This document shows positions 9,981 to 20,957 of a stretch of 64,000 nucleotides of DNA, piece by piece; the first letter of the stretch is position 1; each line of letters begins with the position of its first letter. The notes below the pieces were generated by a model, which saw nothing but the letters and a program-made list of their open reading frames with translations, made no database searches and was not told where the DNA came from. Source of the DNA: Candidatus Bathyarchaeota archaeon (GTDB taxonomy: Archaea; Thermoproteota; Bathyarchaeia; Bathyarchaeales; Bathycorpusculaceae); the NCBI GenBank assembly GCA_963768425.1, contig CAVYHV010000030.1, positions 81,902 to 145,901 of the forward strand, given 5' to 3'. Both the position numbers and the translations under genes were made by a program.

Positions 9981-10714
9981 TCCAAAACAGCCTCGGCAAC
10001 ACGGTGGTGGTTTCTGTCGTTCTTCCAGCTTACAACGAGGCGGATGAGTTGGGCGCGGCTGTGGCAGAAGTAAGTCAAGCCCTAACAGCAGCAGGCTACC
10101 CCTACGAAATCGTCATCGCTGAAGACGGCAGCACCGACGGAACAGCCGAGCTCTCCGAACAATTAACCCAAAAGTATCCATTTGTCAGGCATATACACCG
10201 AGAAAAAAGGCTGGGAAGAGGAACAGCGCTGAACAATGCGTTCCAGAATTGCAGCGGCGAAGTTTTGGTTTACATGGATTTGGACCTTGCCACTGACCTC
10301 AAATCGCTAAAACCTCTCATTGACGCCATCGCCGTTGAAGGGTACGAGGTTTCGACGGGTTCAAGGATGCTTCCTGAAAGCAAGGTTGAACGATCAACCC
10401 GCAGAAGCATAAGCTCCAAAAGCTACAATTTCCTTGTCAGACGCATGTTGGGCTCCAAAGTGCGGGACCACCAATGCGGTTTCAAAGCCTTCAAAAAAGA
10501 AGCCTTCTTGGCTCTGTTGGGCGAGGTGAAGGCTACTCACTGGTTTTGGGACACGGAGATACTTGTGAGGGCACAACGTCATGGCTTCAAGGTTAAAGAG
10601 ATCCAGGTTGAATGGACAAGCGGCAAAGGTACAAAAGTTAATTTTGCTAAGGATTCTTGGAACATGTTTTGGCAAGTAACCGAGCTTTGGTGGACTCTTA
10701 AAAGAAAAGGCTAA
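9977..10714 (+). CDS. GT2 dolichyl-phosphate hexosyltransferase
   Basis: PAYNE, EDGSTD, DLD, GSR, DHQCGFK, WFWDTE; ATGA overlap with the upstream stop. Confidence 0.9.
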   Translation: MIQNSLGNTVVVSVVLPAYNEADELGAAVAEVSQALTAAGYPYEIVIAEDGSTDGTAELSEQLTQKYPFVRHIHREKRLGRGTALNNAFQNCSGEVLVYMDLDLATDLKSLKPLIDAIAVEGYEVSTGSRMLPESKVERSTRRSISSKSYNFLVRRMLGSKVRDHQCGFKAFKKEAFLALLGEVKATHWFWDTEILVRAQRHGFKVKEIQVEWTSGKGTKVNFAKDSWNMFWQVTELWWTLKRKG

Positions 10715-11226
10715 GGCTGCCGACTTGCGATAAGAACAAATGACCTTGCAACTAACGATAAGCCGCCGATCAAAATTACTCCAGCCCAAAACACGAACCA
10801 CTCACTAATTATTGTGACATTCACCAGATAGGTGAGTACTATGTAGCTTGTTCCAAGCCAGAAAACGAGATTTTCAATTGTCTCCGCTTTTCTGGGAAGC
10901 GGTGAGCAAAGCCAGACTCTGAGAACTAAAACCCCGACTTCAATTATGCCTAAGCCCAGGCAAAACTGAAATGCTACCTTGTACAGCGAGATGAAGGCTG
11001 CTGGGTTTTCTGGAGCTGGTAATTGAAGGCCTGTTCCAGGGACTGTGGCTAAAACGAAATTGTTGAGGAAATGGTTAAAGCTGTTCCATAGGTTTGAGCG
11101 GTCGTTGATAAAGTAGAGAACTGCAAGCATAACAAAAATGAGGCCTATATACAGGGCTGAAATCAAGTTTTCTTTTTTCTTATCAGGCATCGCTTGCAAC
11201 ATGTCGAACTTGCTTTTGAAGCCCAT
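10711..11226 (-). CDS. hypothetical membrane protein
   Basis: Four hydrophobic segments. Confidence 0.7.
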   Translation of the reverse strand: MGFKSKFDMLQAMPDKKKENLISALYIGLIFVMLAVLYFINDRSNLWNSFNHFLNNFVLATVPGTGLQLPAPENPAAFISLYKVAFQFCLGLGIIEVGVLVLRVWLCSPLPRKAETIENLVFWLGTSYIVLTYLVNVTIISEWFVFWAGVILIGGLSLVARSFVLIASRQP

Positions 11227-11339
11227 TTGTTATCCACTCGTCTATAGTCTCTTGTAACATATATCTTTCTCTGCAAGGAAAAAACGCATGTTTTTAAATA
11301 GTCTCAGCGGATAGAATACGGTGACGTTGGAGGATCTGC

Positions 11340-11777
11340 ATGCCCTATTGCTTGAAGTGCGGAAGCAAAGTCGAGGACACCAATACTTTCTGCCCAGAAT
11401 GCGGAACCCAACTCAAAGACGCACCACAAAGTGCAGCGCCCACACCTGAGTCTACTCAGAACGAGCAGACTGCTCAGGAGAATCCGCAACAGCAGACGCC
11501 GACAGGCGCACCTGTGATTATGAAGCAGCAGAAACCTGAGGCAGGCTTTATCAGATATCTGGTCAGCGGGTTAATATTAATTACAGTAGGCGTTTCCGCG
11601 ATAATTGAATTAACTAACCCCTCAATAGCGGTAGGTACCCTTTTGGCTGTCATGGTGCTTGCGATAGGTTTGATTGTCATACTCGGCTCCGTCTACTACG
11701 CTTTTTCAGGAAGAAAACGGGCGCACATCCAATCAGTAGCGTCACCTGAGAAAAAGCCGTCTCAGCCCGAGGTCTAA
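11340..11777 (+). CDS. zinc-ribbon membrane protein
   Basis: CLKCG...FCPECG, Q/P-rich linker, two TM helices. Confidence 0.85.
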   Translation: MPYCLKCGSKVEDTNTFCPECGTQLKDAPQSAAPTPESTQNEQTAQENPQQQTPTGAPVIMKQQKPEAGFIRYLVSGLILITVGVSAIIELTNPSIAVGTLLAVMVLAIGLIVILGSVYYAFSGRKRAHIQSVASPEKKPSQPEV

Positions 11778-11919
11778 AACAAAATCATTCTGTCATCCAA
11801 ACACTTGATGATAGTCTCGGTTAGCAGAATAGTGCTTCGCAACATTTCCCAGTTACAAATCTGCTTATATGCTTCTCCTTTAAATAATAAAACAGCAGAA
11901 ACCAACATCACTTGGGGAT

Positions 11920-12855
11920 TTGGAAATCATGAGTGAATTTGTCCAAGCGACGGCAGACAGAATAAGGAAACTAGAAGTTCAAGGGGCACGAAACGTTGCG
12001 ATCGCGGCCCTTAAAGCGGTCCAAGCCCTCGCAGATAACACGAAGGCAAAAGACAAGAATGCTTTCCTATGCGAACTCAGAGAAGCTCAAAACACGCTTT
12101 TTGCGTCAAGAGAAACTGAACCTTTGATGAGAAACGCCATTCGATACGTTATCACGCAAGCCGAAGACAGCAGCACCGAAAACGTCGACGTGTTAGGCGA
12201 GTTAGTTGATTCAAACGTCAGTTTGTTTTTGCAGAACCTTGAGGCTTCACGGGAACGAACCGCGGAAATAGGGGCCAAACGGATCCGCGACGGTATGTTG
12301 GTTTTTACCCATTGTCACTCGTCAACGGTAACACGCATGATTGCCAAAGCCAAAGCCGATGGCAAAAACTTTAGCGTAATTTGCACCGAAACCCGACCTG
12401 CTTACCAGGGAAGGATAACCGCACGGGAAATAGTTGAACTAGGGGTCCAAACAATTTTTATTGTCGATTCAGCTGCTCGTTCCTACATGGGAGACGTTGA
12501 CATTGTTTTTGTCGGCGCCGACGCCATCACCTCCGAGGGCAACGTTGTAAACAAGATTGGCACCAGCAGCATAGCAGTGTTGGCGCATGAAGCCAGAAAA
12601 CCATTCTACGTTGTTTCGGAACTGCTGAAGTTCGATCCGGAAACTCTCAACGGGGGATACGAACGAATTGAGCAGCGAAACCCAGCGGAAGTGTGGAGTG
12701 AAGCGCCAAAGAACCTGTCGGTGCGGAACCCAGCTTTTGACGTTACTCCAAGCCGTTACATTCACGGACTAATTAGCGAAGAAGGCATCATCGCACCTCA
12801 ATCAATAGTTGAAACCGTGAATCGAAGCTACCCATGGGTCCTCAAGCAGATTTAG
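11920..12855 (+). CDS. ribose-1,5-bisphosphate isomerase (eIF2B-like)
   Basis: VQGARNVA, THCHS, ETRP, GADAI, NKIGT, NPAFD; adjacent to RuBisCO. Confidence 0.93.
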   Translation: MEIMSEFVQATADRIRKLEVQGARNVAIAALKAVQALADNTKAKDKNAFLCELREAQNTLFASRETEPLMRNAIRYVITQAEDSSTENVDVLGELVDSNVSLFLQNLEASRERTAEIGAKRIRDGMLVFTHCHSSTVTRMIAKAKADGKNFSVICTETRPAYQGRITAREIVELGVQTIFIVDSAARSYMGDVDIVFVGADAITSEGNVVNKIGTSSIAVLAHEARKPFYVVSELLKFDPETLNGGYERIEQRNPAEVWSEAPKNLSVRNPAFDVTPSRYIHGLISEEGIIAPQSIVETVNRSYPWVLKQI

Positions 12856-14075
12856 GCTTTCCAGTGCTCCAACGCAGCTTTTAGTTCGCTGTGGGTTTTC
12901 GCGTACTCTTCCAACGTCATTCCTTTCAAAATAGCATCAACTGCTTGCCGCATTGCTTTTGAACCGGCTACTGTTCCGTTGGGGTGTCCGTGGATTCCGC
13001 CTCCTGCTTGGATGACCACGTCATTGCCGAAGGTTTCAAGCAGTGCTGGAACTAAGCGCGGGTGTATTCCTCCTGAAGCAACGGGTATAACAGGCTTCAA
13101 CGTGCCCATTGATGATTTGCATGCATCGATGTTTTCGAGGACTTCAGCTTTGGTTTCACTCATTTTACCAACAACCGTGCCAACGTGGAGTTGGTCAACC
13201 CCGATTACCCGTGCAACAGTGGCAATGGGACGCATGGCGATGCCGTGTTGCTGGTTCTTGGTGAATGCGGCGTGCCCTGCCCTGTGTGCGTGGATGACAA
13301 GTTTGAAGTTTTGATCTCTCAATGTTTGCAATGATGACCAGCCCGTCGTCAAGATATCAACCATAACGTATTCGCCGCCCTGAGCCACAACTGCTTCCGC
13401 ACGTTTCAGCATGAGGTTGGTTTCGGCGGTGATGTTGACCATGTAGACTTTGCGTTCCCCTGTTTCCTGCTGCGCCTTGTCACGGCTTTCCAGTGTCTGT
13501 GAGAGTCGTTCTTCGAAGGGGTTGAAGGTTTGGCTGCTTAGGTTTTCATCGTCTTTTACGACGTCGCATCCGCCGCTCCAAGCGTTATAAGCGACTTTAG
13601 CGTGGTCTATTGTTTTCAATCCGAGTTTAGGCTTGATTATTGTGCCGACCAGTGGGCGGCTTGGAATTTTTAGAAGGTTGCGGATTCCCGCTATGCCAAT
13701 GGCGGGTCCTTTGAAGCTGCCCAGTAAGGCTTTTGGGAAATGAATGTCGAGGAGGCGCAGGTTTTTGAGTGCTTTTAGCCCAAAGACGTTACCTGCTACG
13801 CTGCTCAGTATATTGGGCATGTTTGCGGGTTCAAAAAGTTCTATTGGGTATGCGATTTTGATTACATTGCCTTCTATGCCGAAAACGTGGGCTGCCAGAC
13901 GTTTCACGTAGGGCTTCTCGGTTGTGAGTTCAGTCCACGTGCCGACTGAGCTTTCTGCGGCTACCCCGCCTGCGGCTTCTTGGAGGCTTATGCCTTCGGG
14001 TTCAACGTAGAAGGTGCAGGTTAGGTCGGTTTCTTTAGGTTTGTAAGTTGGGTCGATAAAGTCAAGGTATTTCAC
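12852..14075 (-). CDS. rbcL: ribulose-1,5-bisphosphate carboxylase, form III
   Basis: AAESSVGTW, GTIIKPKLG, KDDE, HAHRAGH, GKM, ASGG, QAGGGIHGHP. Confidence 0.97.
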   Translation of the reverse strand: MKYLDFIDPTYKPKETDLTCTFYVEPEGISLQEAAGGVAAESSVGTWTELTTEKPYVKRLAAHVFGIEGNVIKIAYPIELFEPANMPNILSSVAGNVFGLKALKNLRLLDIHFPKALLGSFKGPAIGIAGIRNLLKIPSRPLVGTIIKPKLGLKTIDHAKVAYNAWSGGCDVVKDDENLSSQTFNPFEERLSQTLESRDKAQQETGERKVYMVNITAETNLMLKRAEAVVAQGGEYVMVDILTTGWSSLQTLRDQNFKLVIHAHRAGHAAFTKNQQHGIAMRPIATVARVIGVDQLHVGTVVGKMSETKAEVLENIDACKSSMGTLKPVIPVASGGIHPRLVPALLETFGNDVVIQAGGGIHGHPNGTVAGSKAMRQAVDAILKGMTLEEYAKTHSELKAALEHWKA

Positions 14076-14113
14076 AGTTTTCCACTCTTAGGCTAGGTTC
14101 AACTGGTTTTTCC

Positions 14114-14130
14114 TTAAAATCTTTAACTAT
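14114..14130 (+). repeat. left island boundary (attL-like), 17-bp direct repeat
   Basis: TTAAAATCTTTAACTAT, identical to 37511-37527. Confidence 0.85.
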
Positions 14131-14206
14131 CACTAGCGTTGCCTAGCTAAAAAGTCTGACACCATTGAAGAAAGAGTTCAAGAAGAAATGTTTGGCGTTG
14201 ATCAAG

Positions 14207-14473
14207 TTAAGTCTCTACTATTTTTATGCCTTCATCAGTAAGCATGTAATATACATGGTCGTCTCTAAGTCTCTTGAAAGTGTTATCGCTCTTCTTAACG
14301 TAACCTCTGCGCCAGAGTGTTTGTAGAATTTTATGTACTTCTTTGTGTGGCTTGTTCAAATGAGTTTCAATTGTTGTATACGTGCAGCCTCTATAGGGTG
14401 ATGAGTTAGCATAGACAGCATGCAGCAACATCAATTCAGCTGTAGTTATTTGCACCTCATCTTCTTCTGTCAT
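14207..14473 (-). CDS. winged-helix DNA-binding protein
   Basis: VHKILQTLWRRGYVKK...YMLTDEG. Confidence 0.7.
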   Translation of the reverse strand: MTEEDEVQITTAELMLLHAVYANSSPYRGCTYTTIETHLNKPHKEVHKILQTLWRRGYVKKSDNTFKRLRDDHVYYMLTDEGIKIVET

Positions 14474-14644
14474 GCGTCATCACTGAGTATGTTTCAGCAA
14501 TTGATTCAGATTACTTAAGCTTTATTACCAATTGCAGTACTCCGCAATTTGTCGTACACAAAAACAATTGCAGCAATTGAAGAATGATATTTACCATTGC
14601 AATGCAGAATTAGTATTCCATTAGTCATTTAGGAGTTGATTACA

Positions 14645-14907
14645 ATGAGCAAAGACATGGCGGGTTCTGTCATGGATATGATTAAGACACCCTTAGGGTT
14701 CGCTCTAATGTTGATTATCTTAGTCATACTCGCGGGAATTACAGCTGCAACTGCAATTTCTGGACAATTGACTGCCGCAGCAGTGAGAGTTAGAGTCTTA
14801 CGACTCAACCACAAATGCTGCTGGCTTCATTACAATAATTGTGATTCTCGCTGCAGAGCGTGCAAAAATACTTTGCACGCGCAGATTCAACCTTATTGGA
14901 AAATAAG
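14645..14907 (+). CDS. small two-TM protein with a frameshift near 14790; candidate spindle-virus-type major capsid protein
   Basis: MSKDMAGSVMDMIKTPLGFALMLIILVILAGITAA... continues in another frame as SYDSTTNAAGFITIIVILAA...FNLIGK*. Confidence 0.4.
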
Positions 14908-15568
14908 GACGAGATTACAATTGTTAGTAACTTCCTTCTCCTTTCTTAGTCGCCCTTGACTTTTAGATTCTTGACGTGAGAATGTGTGTCGTTTTCTTGA
15001 GCAATTGTCCAGTGGCTCAAGCTTAAGTTCAGAGAACTTTTTGAGTAAATCTCTCTGCGTTTCAGTGCCCATGACGCATGTAGTACATGGTAGATGCTAG
15101 TACCAGTTGTTCTGTGTTAATTAATTGTACATCAGTGTAGACTCAACAACTGTCAGCGCACGCTTGAATGTTGTAAGGCTTCGAAACATGTGGATTAACA
15201 TGGTTTATGTTTATCAAAATCACATTCTTTAACATTTTCCGTATGTAAAAAACGAAATCTCGCTGTACCTTTCATATGTTAAAATATAATTAGGGTTGTA
15301 GAGCGTCTAAATAGCGGTGTCACTTTGTATACGCATATTTTCGTACACAATTGCTGCGAATCTCAGCTCACTCCTCAATAAGCTCACTCACTCAGTTGCA
15401 GACACAATCACAATTGATGCAGAAGGCACACAGTTGTTCACTCCAATTGAGCAGCATTCCTTTAGTGTTGACAGAAACTCGCTCGAACTCGCAGAACTTC
15501 CCTTCAATTGTAGCCAACCACAGCAATTGTACGTATGCATTAAAGGCTATACTCTATCATCTATCTAA

Positions 15569-15785
15569 CATGACAGCTATACTATGCAAGGTATGTAGAG
15601 CTACACTACATCTAGCATCAGTAGATGGAGTAGAGTTACATTGGCAGTCAATACGTTGTCCATGCGGAGCACTCTTATCTGTGCATGTGACAATTGATAC
15701 AATGTACGTAACAGTAGTAGACTCAAAGCTAAAGCACAAAACAATTGAGTTCGAGCAATTAGAGTCCGAGCTTCAAGCAGTCTGA
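15569..15785 (+). CDS. zinc-ribbon protein
   Basis: MTAILCKVC...IRCPCG; internal ATG of ORF 15351..15785. Confidence 0.55.
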
Positions 15786-15804
15786 CATATTGGTGATTTG
15801 AGCG

Positions 15805-16149
15805 CTAAATGCTTCTTGCTTCATGACATGCTTTATGGAAGAGTTTAAGTTTGTGCACAACGAACGTATCTGATTCTACTAGTTCAATCTTGCACTTATC
15901 GCATGCCATTGGTAAGTTGTTGCGCGCTCTGTAATTTCTAATTGTAACGTAGCGCAAATGCTTAAGGCGTTTGCGCTTAAAGTGTGGATGCAGCTTAGCA
16001 TATTTTCTTCTGCACTCGTGAGAACAAAAATGCCCTTCAGTAATCATCAACAATTTTCCGCACGTCATGCAATTGAAGCGTTCAATTGATTGAGCAATTT
16101 CGAGCTTCTTTGCATCTTCAGCAATTGCATATTCTGGTTCAGCCAACAT
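15805..16149 (-). CDS. double zinc-finger protein
   Basis: CMTCG...FCSHEC and CDKC...HKAC. Confidence 0.65.
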   Translation of the reverse strand: MLAEPEYAIAEDAKKLEIAQSIERFNCMTCGKLLMITEGHFCSHECRRKYAKLHPHFKRKRLKHLRYVTIRNYRARNNLPMACDKCKIELVESDTFVVHKLKLFHKACHEARSI

Positions 16150-16854
16150 AACTCTAAATTGTTTGTTGCGATTTTAAAGGATTCCATGTTTGCAAATACA
16201 TGTAATATAGTGATTACGTTATGCAAAAAGTTGCAAGCATGATAAGTCATTTATTCTTTCAAAGCAATTATTCTCTTGTATGTCAACCAGTGTAGAAGTA
16301 TCTAAAGACTACTCTACTCTCCTAAATGGCTGCATACCTGTGACTGTGCTCAATACGACGCAATTCTAGCTCAATTGTTTTAGTAGAGCACAGTTACAGA
16401 TGTGGATAATTATTTAAACCCTGAAGTCCAATAGTATTGTTGAGCTAGATGAGAATGAGTCGTATAGGACTTCAAAATAAATTTTAACTTCTCAGCAGAA
16501 AGAATCAGCGTCTGAGAGAACTTATAGAGTCAATCTGCGGTTCACACGTTCGCCATTCATTAGCCAATGCAACAGTGTCATTCAACTTTTTGTAGAAGCA
16601 AAAACAGCAGAAGATTTTCTGTCAATTGCTAAGAAAACTGCTCTTACAGTGCGTTATGAACATGATAGCAACGTCCATATGCTTCACATCTATTTTAGCA
16701 AGCACGACATCAAGTTAGCTTACAGAGCTTTCAACGAAGCAAAACAAGAATACTATCGTCAACATACTCATGAATCGTTTGTGTTCAAAGTCAAGCTGCA
16801 TGAGTATGACGTCACGCTAACAAAACCAATTGCAAAGGGAGACTCAGATGCATA

Positions 16855-17433
16855 ATGTCTGAGCGCCTAACTAATTATGAACGTTGCATTTGCTTAGAAG
16901 ATCCGTTAGCAGACGCATACAAAGAATTGCAATTTAGCGTTACTCGCAATCATCAGACAGGTAAAGGTTGTGACTTCTATACTGACAATTCTGAAAATGA
17001 AGCTAAAAATGTCAAAGATTGCATATACGTCAACGACCCAGAGTGGTTTATGTCTCATGTCTGTGACAGATATGCAAAAGCAATGCCATTGATAGGAGTA
17101 CTGGCTAACTCTAGTAGACGTAGAATACTGACTATCTCGTTCAACGATATCACTAACCCAATAGTGCTAGACTACATAGCGTACTTCAACATACACATTC
17201 TAGAGGTAGGAGAACAAGTAGGCAAAGATAAGGCGCAACAACGTAAAGTAAAGAACATATTAAAGCAAAAAATCTTAGCGCTGTATATGCCATTAGAGAA
17301 AAGAGAGAAATGTGGTGTAGCGAATAGTCAAGACGCGTATGAAGAATGGCGTGAGCATCAATTTGGAGACGCATTTGATCATGCTCTATCTATTCAGCGT
17401 GAATATGAACGTGAATTTCTTTATCTATCTTAG
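16855..17433 (+). CDS. hypothetical protein, possible PD-(D/E)xK nuclease
   Basis: GCDF...EAKN spacing fits D...ExK. Confidence 0.5.
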   Translation: MSERLTNYERCICLEDPLADAYKELQFSVTRNHQTGKGCDFYTDNSENEAKNVKDCIYVNDPEWFMSHVCDRYAKAMPLIGVLANSSRRRILTISFNDITNPIVLDYIAYFNIHILEVGEQVGKDKAQQRKVKNILKQKILALYMPLEKREKCGVANSQDAYEEWREHQFGDAFDHALSIQREYEREFLYLS

Positions 17434-17626
17434 TTTTTCTAGTCTATAGTAGGCAGTGTCGCTGTTCGTCTTTCTGGACGCGCGCACTTTTTTGACAATT
17501 TTTATTCAGTCTGATAACTCACAGTTTTGCGCGCTTGAGCATGAGCAATCATTCATTCAATAATGTGCATAAGTCTTAAAACTAAAACTTGCTAATCACT
17601 AAAGAGAAAGTAAGAGTTGACGCCTA

Positions 17627-18112
17627 ATGACTAACTTGGTTAATTTACTTACGCTAGAGAATTTGACTTTACTAATTGCTGTTTGGGGCGCAGTTCTATC
17701 GACCTATAAAGTTCTTTCTGACCATTCAAAGAATACTCGCAAACTAAAAGTTGAAGTTGCTTATGGTTTTCTAAGTCAAGGGAATACTGTCAGTGCAGCC
17801 ACAATTAGTATTACAGCAATAAATACGGGATTTAGAGACATCACCCTAAACTCAATGGGTTTTGTGTTTCCAGACGATAGAAAAAGCATTATGTTAGAGC
17901 CTCAAGGTAACGTAACTTTCCCTCACACGTTGACTGAAGGAAATAACTGCCTTGTTTGGAAGTTTCAAAGACAATTTGCGAGTGAATTAAAGAAGAATGG
18001 ATACAGTGGCAAGGTCAACGTCAGAGGATATTTTCAAGATGCAACAGGAAAGATGTTTACAAGCAAACCGATGACTTTTGACATTGAACAAGCTCTATCT
18101 CAAACTGATTGA
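17627..18112 (+). CDS. hypothetical protein with N-terminal TM anchor
   Basis: 161-aa ORF, LLIAVWGAVLS hydrophobic segment. Confidence 0.7.
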   Translation: MTNLVNLLTLENLTLLIAVWGAVLSTYKVLSDHSKNTRKLKVEVAYGFLSQGNTVSAATISITAINTGFRDITLNSMGFVFPDDRKSIMLEPQGNVTFPHTLTEGNNCLVWKFQRQFASELKKNGYSGKVNVRGYFQDATGKMFTSKPMTFDIEQALSQTD

Positions 18113-18146
18113 TTAAAAATCTGCAAAACTAACGCGCTACTCGCTA

Positions 18147-18518
18147 TCACTTCTTAACAATCTCTATTGCTACGTTTGGTTGTGTGACATTATAGTAAAC
18201 CGTGTAAGTTGCATTTAGCACAACGTGCGCATTCACTGCTAAGGTTTCATTAGCGAGAAACGTTCTGCCATCTGCAAATGTCATTGATACACCATTGCCT
18301 ATGCCATTGGGGTAGCTGCCATTAGCGTAAGAAAATGCTAGATATGAATACGCATTCGCAAGATAACCTGTGTACGTAGCAAAACCATTGTTTTGAGAAT
18401 TTCCATTAGAAAGAAAGTTGTTATTTTGAAGCAACCCAGATGTGTAGACGCTGATTGCAATTGCGATAATGGCTATGGCAACTAATGTGATTACTTTTGT
18501 GGTTCTTTGCACGCGCAT
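18147..18518 (-). CDS. secreted/anchored hypothetical protein
   Basis: Signal-like N-terminus; Asn-rich with N-x-S/T sequons. Confidence 0.7.
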   Translation of the reverse strand: MRVQRTTKVITLVAIAIIAIAISVYTSGLLQNNNFLSNGNSQNNGFATYTGYLANAYSYLAFSYANGSYPNGIGNGVSMTFADGRTFLANETLAVNAHVVLNATYTVYYNVTQPNVAIEIVKK

Positions 18519-18592
18519 AATGAACTATTATATCTCAAGACTTAAGTTCTTTTCGGTGAGCTAAGTTCTTAATTGCGTGCTATGGTGTTTTG

Positions 18593-18896
18593 AATGAGTC
18601 AAGCTCATAGTCAATCAGGGCTTGAACTGTGAAGATCTCGAAGGTGCTAGACATTCCATCAGTAAAGATTTTGCTGTTTATTTGGGAAAAAGAAGAAGTA
18701 AGGTACACTGACTTAACAAAACTCATTTTCTAGCAGAAGAGCATTATCCAGTAATCTGAAAGAATTGGAGAGAGAAGAACTAGTCAAAAGGAGAATCGTG
18801 ACAACCAAGCCAATCCAAGCACATTATTCTCTTACTGAGAAGGGTCAGAAAATTGCAAAAGGCTTTGACAATTTGAGAGTTTTACTTCAGCAATGA
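18593..18896 (+). pseudogene. HxlR-like winged-helix regulator, frameshifted
   Basis: Fragments read NLKELER / LVKRRIVTTKPIQAHYSLTEKGQKIA. Confidence 0.6.
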
Positions 18897-19153
18897 TTTG
18901 AAGACTGAAGATGAGTTAGCATGGCGCAACAAACGCAATGAAAATACGTGATTTTGACATACATAAGTTTACAATAATTAAATACTGAAAAAGCTAAACT
19001 GTTGATGCGTAAGTGCAATTGTTGGAAATGCTGTAGTCTTCTTGACTCTAACTTCTCTACAGTGTTTTTTGAGTTGCAGCAATTGATGGTTGTTTCTTTC
19101 TTGCGCTGTTGAATTCGACAGTCTTTTATGGCAGAAATTCAGAATAGAATCTT

Positions 19154-19558
19154 ATGAACTTCAATGGAATAATAAGCAATCTTGCTCCCGCAGCAATTAT
19201 ACTTGGAATTGTTTTTATTATTCTTGTAGCTTTTGTGAGAAAGCATCAATTCTCTAAAGCAGCAAGAGAAGCAATTGAGTCACAAGTATCTGGATGCTTA
19301 GTGAACGCTATAGTATGGGAAATACTTGCAATTGCAGCAATTTTGTTATCACTTCAAAATGTTAAACTTTCAAATGCGTATTTGCAAGTTGTAGGCGCTA
19401 ATAGTGTAAGTGCTGTGCTTTTTCCTTTGTCATTCGTTATTGTGCCAATGACTTTTTCAGTTCATAAGGCATACCCTCGTTATGATTGCAGAATACTTGC
19501 AATAGTAATTTTTATTGTAGCTGCATTTGTTCTTGGACTTTGTTATTATTACTTTTGA
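19154..19558 (+). CDS. four-TM membrane protein
   Basis: Four hydrophobic segments. Confidence 0.7.
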   Translation: MNFNGIISNLAPAAIILGIVFIILVAFVRKHQFSKAAREAIESQVSGCLVNAIVWEILAIAAILLSLQNVKLSNAYLQVVGANSVSAVLFPLSFVIVPMTFSVHKAYPRYDCRILAIVIFIVAAFVLGLCYYYF

Positions 19559-19702
19559 CAATAGCGTTCTATCTAGTTCATGCTTGTAGCGTCACTCGCG
19601 CAATGCAGCTTTAAAAGATATTTTCAATAGGCAATGAAGCAGATTATTCTATTGTGGAGTTTGCTCTCTTAAACCCCCACGAAAGTAGTGCAGCAAATAC
19701 GG

Positions 19703-19738
19703 CTGTGAGAGTGGAAGTGATTCCAACCACTCTCACAG
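19703..19738. other. 12-bp perfect inverted repeat (hairpin)
   Basis: CTGTGAGAGTGG-N12-CCACTCTCACAG. Confidence 0.75.
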
Positions 19739-20042
19739 TTGAGAGGAATAAACATGGAGCTGACATTTCAACAATACTGCGAATTAATTGAGCATCTGAT
19801 TAATGCGCAAAATCGCAAAGAAGCATCCAGAACTACCGTCACAATTGATGCTGAAATTAACTTAGAAATTGACAAGAGAATGAAAGCAATAGGACGAAGA
19901 GTAAAACGCACAGTAAGACTTTGAAACATACTGTTGAAGTAGCATTTGTAATACTTGCTAAGTTACAGCAAGAAATGTTAGTCGTTTCTAATACATTTGA
20001 TTGAATGTTTACTTCTGTATGCTAGTATTACAGATTGCACGC

Positions 20043-20080
20043 TCTTTGCAGTCAGGGATACGTATATAATTATTACAGTT
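20043..20080 (+). promoter_or_regulatory. duplicated promoter-like motif (second copy 22519-22556)
   Basis: TCTTTGCA-N5-GGATACGTATATAWTYATTACAGTT, 31-35 nt before the starts at 20116 and 22588. Confidence 0.6.
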
Positions 20081-20115
20081 CTCTATGTTTATTTACACTA
20101 AGGACGCAAAAACAT

Positions 20116-20628
20116 ATGAATGTAAAAAAACGAATCATACTTACATTTGTTATAATGGTTGCAATTGTAGGAAACTTGCTTGCAGTAAGCATAGTTGCAA
20201 GTGCAATTGGATTGACTGATATTAAACTAACATCACCAGCTATCAGCATCTCTTACCATAGCAACATTTCATATTCTATTCCTAATCAGCCAATGAGCTT
20301 ATGGGGGTACATATCAACTCCTGACGCGGGAAACGTATTTCTTGAAGTCACAATGACAATCAAGAACAATGGTTATAGCAGTTTTCCGCAGCCATACCCA
20401 AGTATATTCTACGTTATAGCTAACGGCGTTCACTATTTGTATGATGCTACACACACAGCAGCAATTGGCACCATGGTTGCAGAAAATATGTTTGGAATGT
20501 CTAATGGTGACACATACACTGAAACAGTCGTGTTTCAAGTTCCATCAACAATTGCTTCTTTCACTATGCATTGTCATCAAACAAGCTTTACGCCATTCAA
20601 CATTGTTTTCAATCAAATAAGTGCATAA
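20116..20628 (+). CDS. DUF4352-like Ig-fold surface protein
   Basis: Signal/TM, PDAGNVFLEVTMTIKNNG, VVFQVP. Confidence 0.7.
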   Translation: MNVKKRIILTFVIMVAIVGNLLAVSIVASAIGLTDIKLTSPAISISYHSNISYSIPNQPMSLWGYISTPDAGNVFLEVTMTIKNNGYSSFPQPYPSIFYVIANGVHYLYDATHTAAIGTMVAENMFGMSNGDTYTETVVFQVPSTIASFTMHCHQTSFTPFNIVFNQISA

Positions 20629-20957
20629 GTAGATAGCACTAAGTTTGCAGCAATTTTGAATAGTTGCAAACATGCTCTTGTTAGTCATTATTTGTTAAAA
20701 TAGCAAGTTTATGAAGTTGTTTTCTCAATTGGTGGCTGCATAAGCCTTGTAGTTTTAAATACGCTATTGATTATATTAAATTTGAGGCAGACGTGCTTGC
20801 GTAAAAAGAAGAATACGCGCAGAAACATTCGCATAAGAGTTGATGACACACACAGCAATGAATATCATCGTCTGTATATGCAACGCTATAATGCTAAGAT
20901 TCGTGGCAAACGCGTCAAACCTCGTGGCAAATATAAAACAAAGAAGAAGGCGTAAAG

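Noticed and set aside
12852-14075. RuBisCO as evidence of a Calvin cycle
   Set aside because: Form III enzyme linked to R15P isomerase and AMP phosphorylase indicates nucleoside salvage; no phosphoribulokinase in the window.
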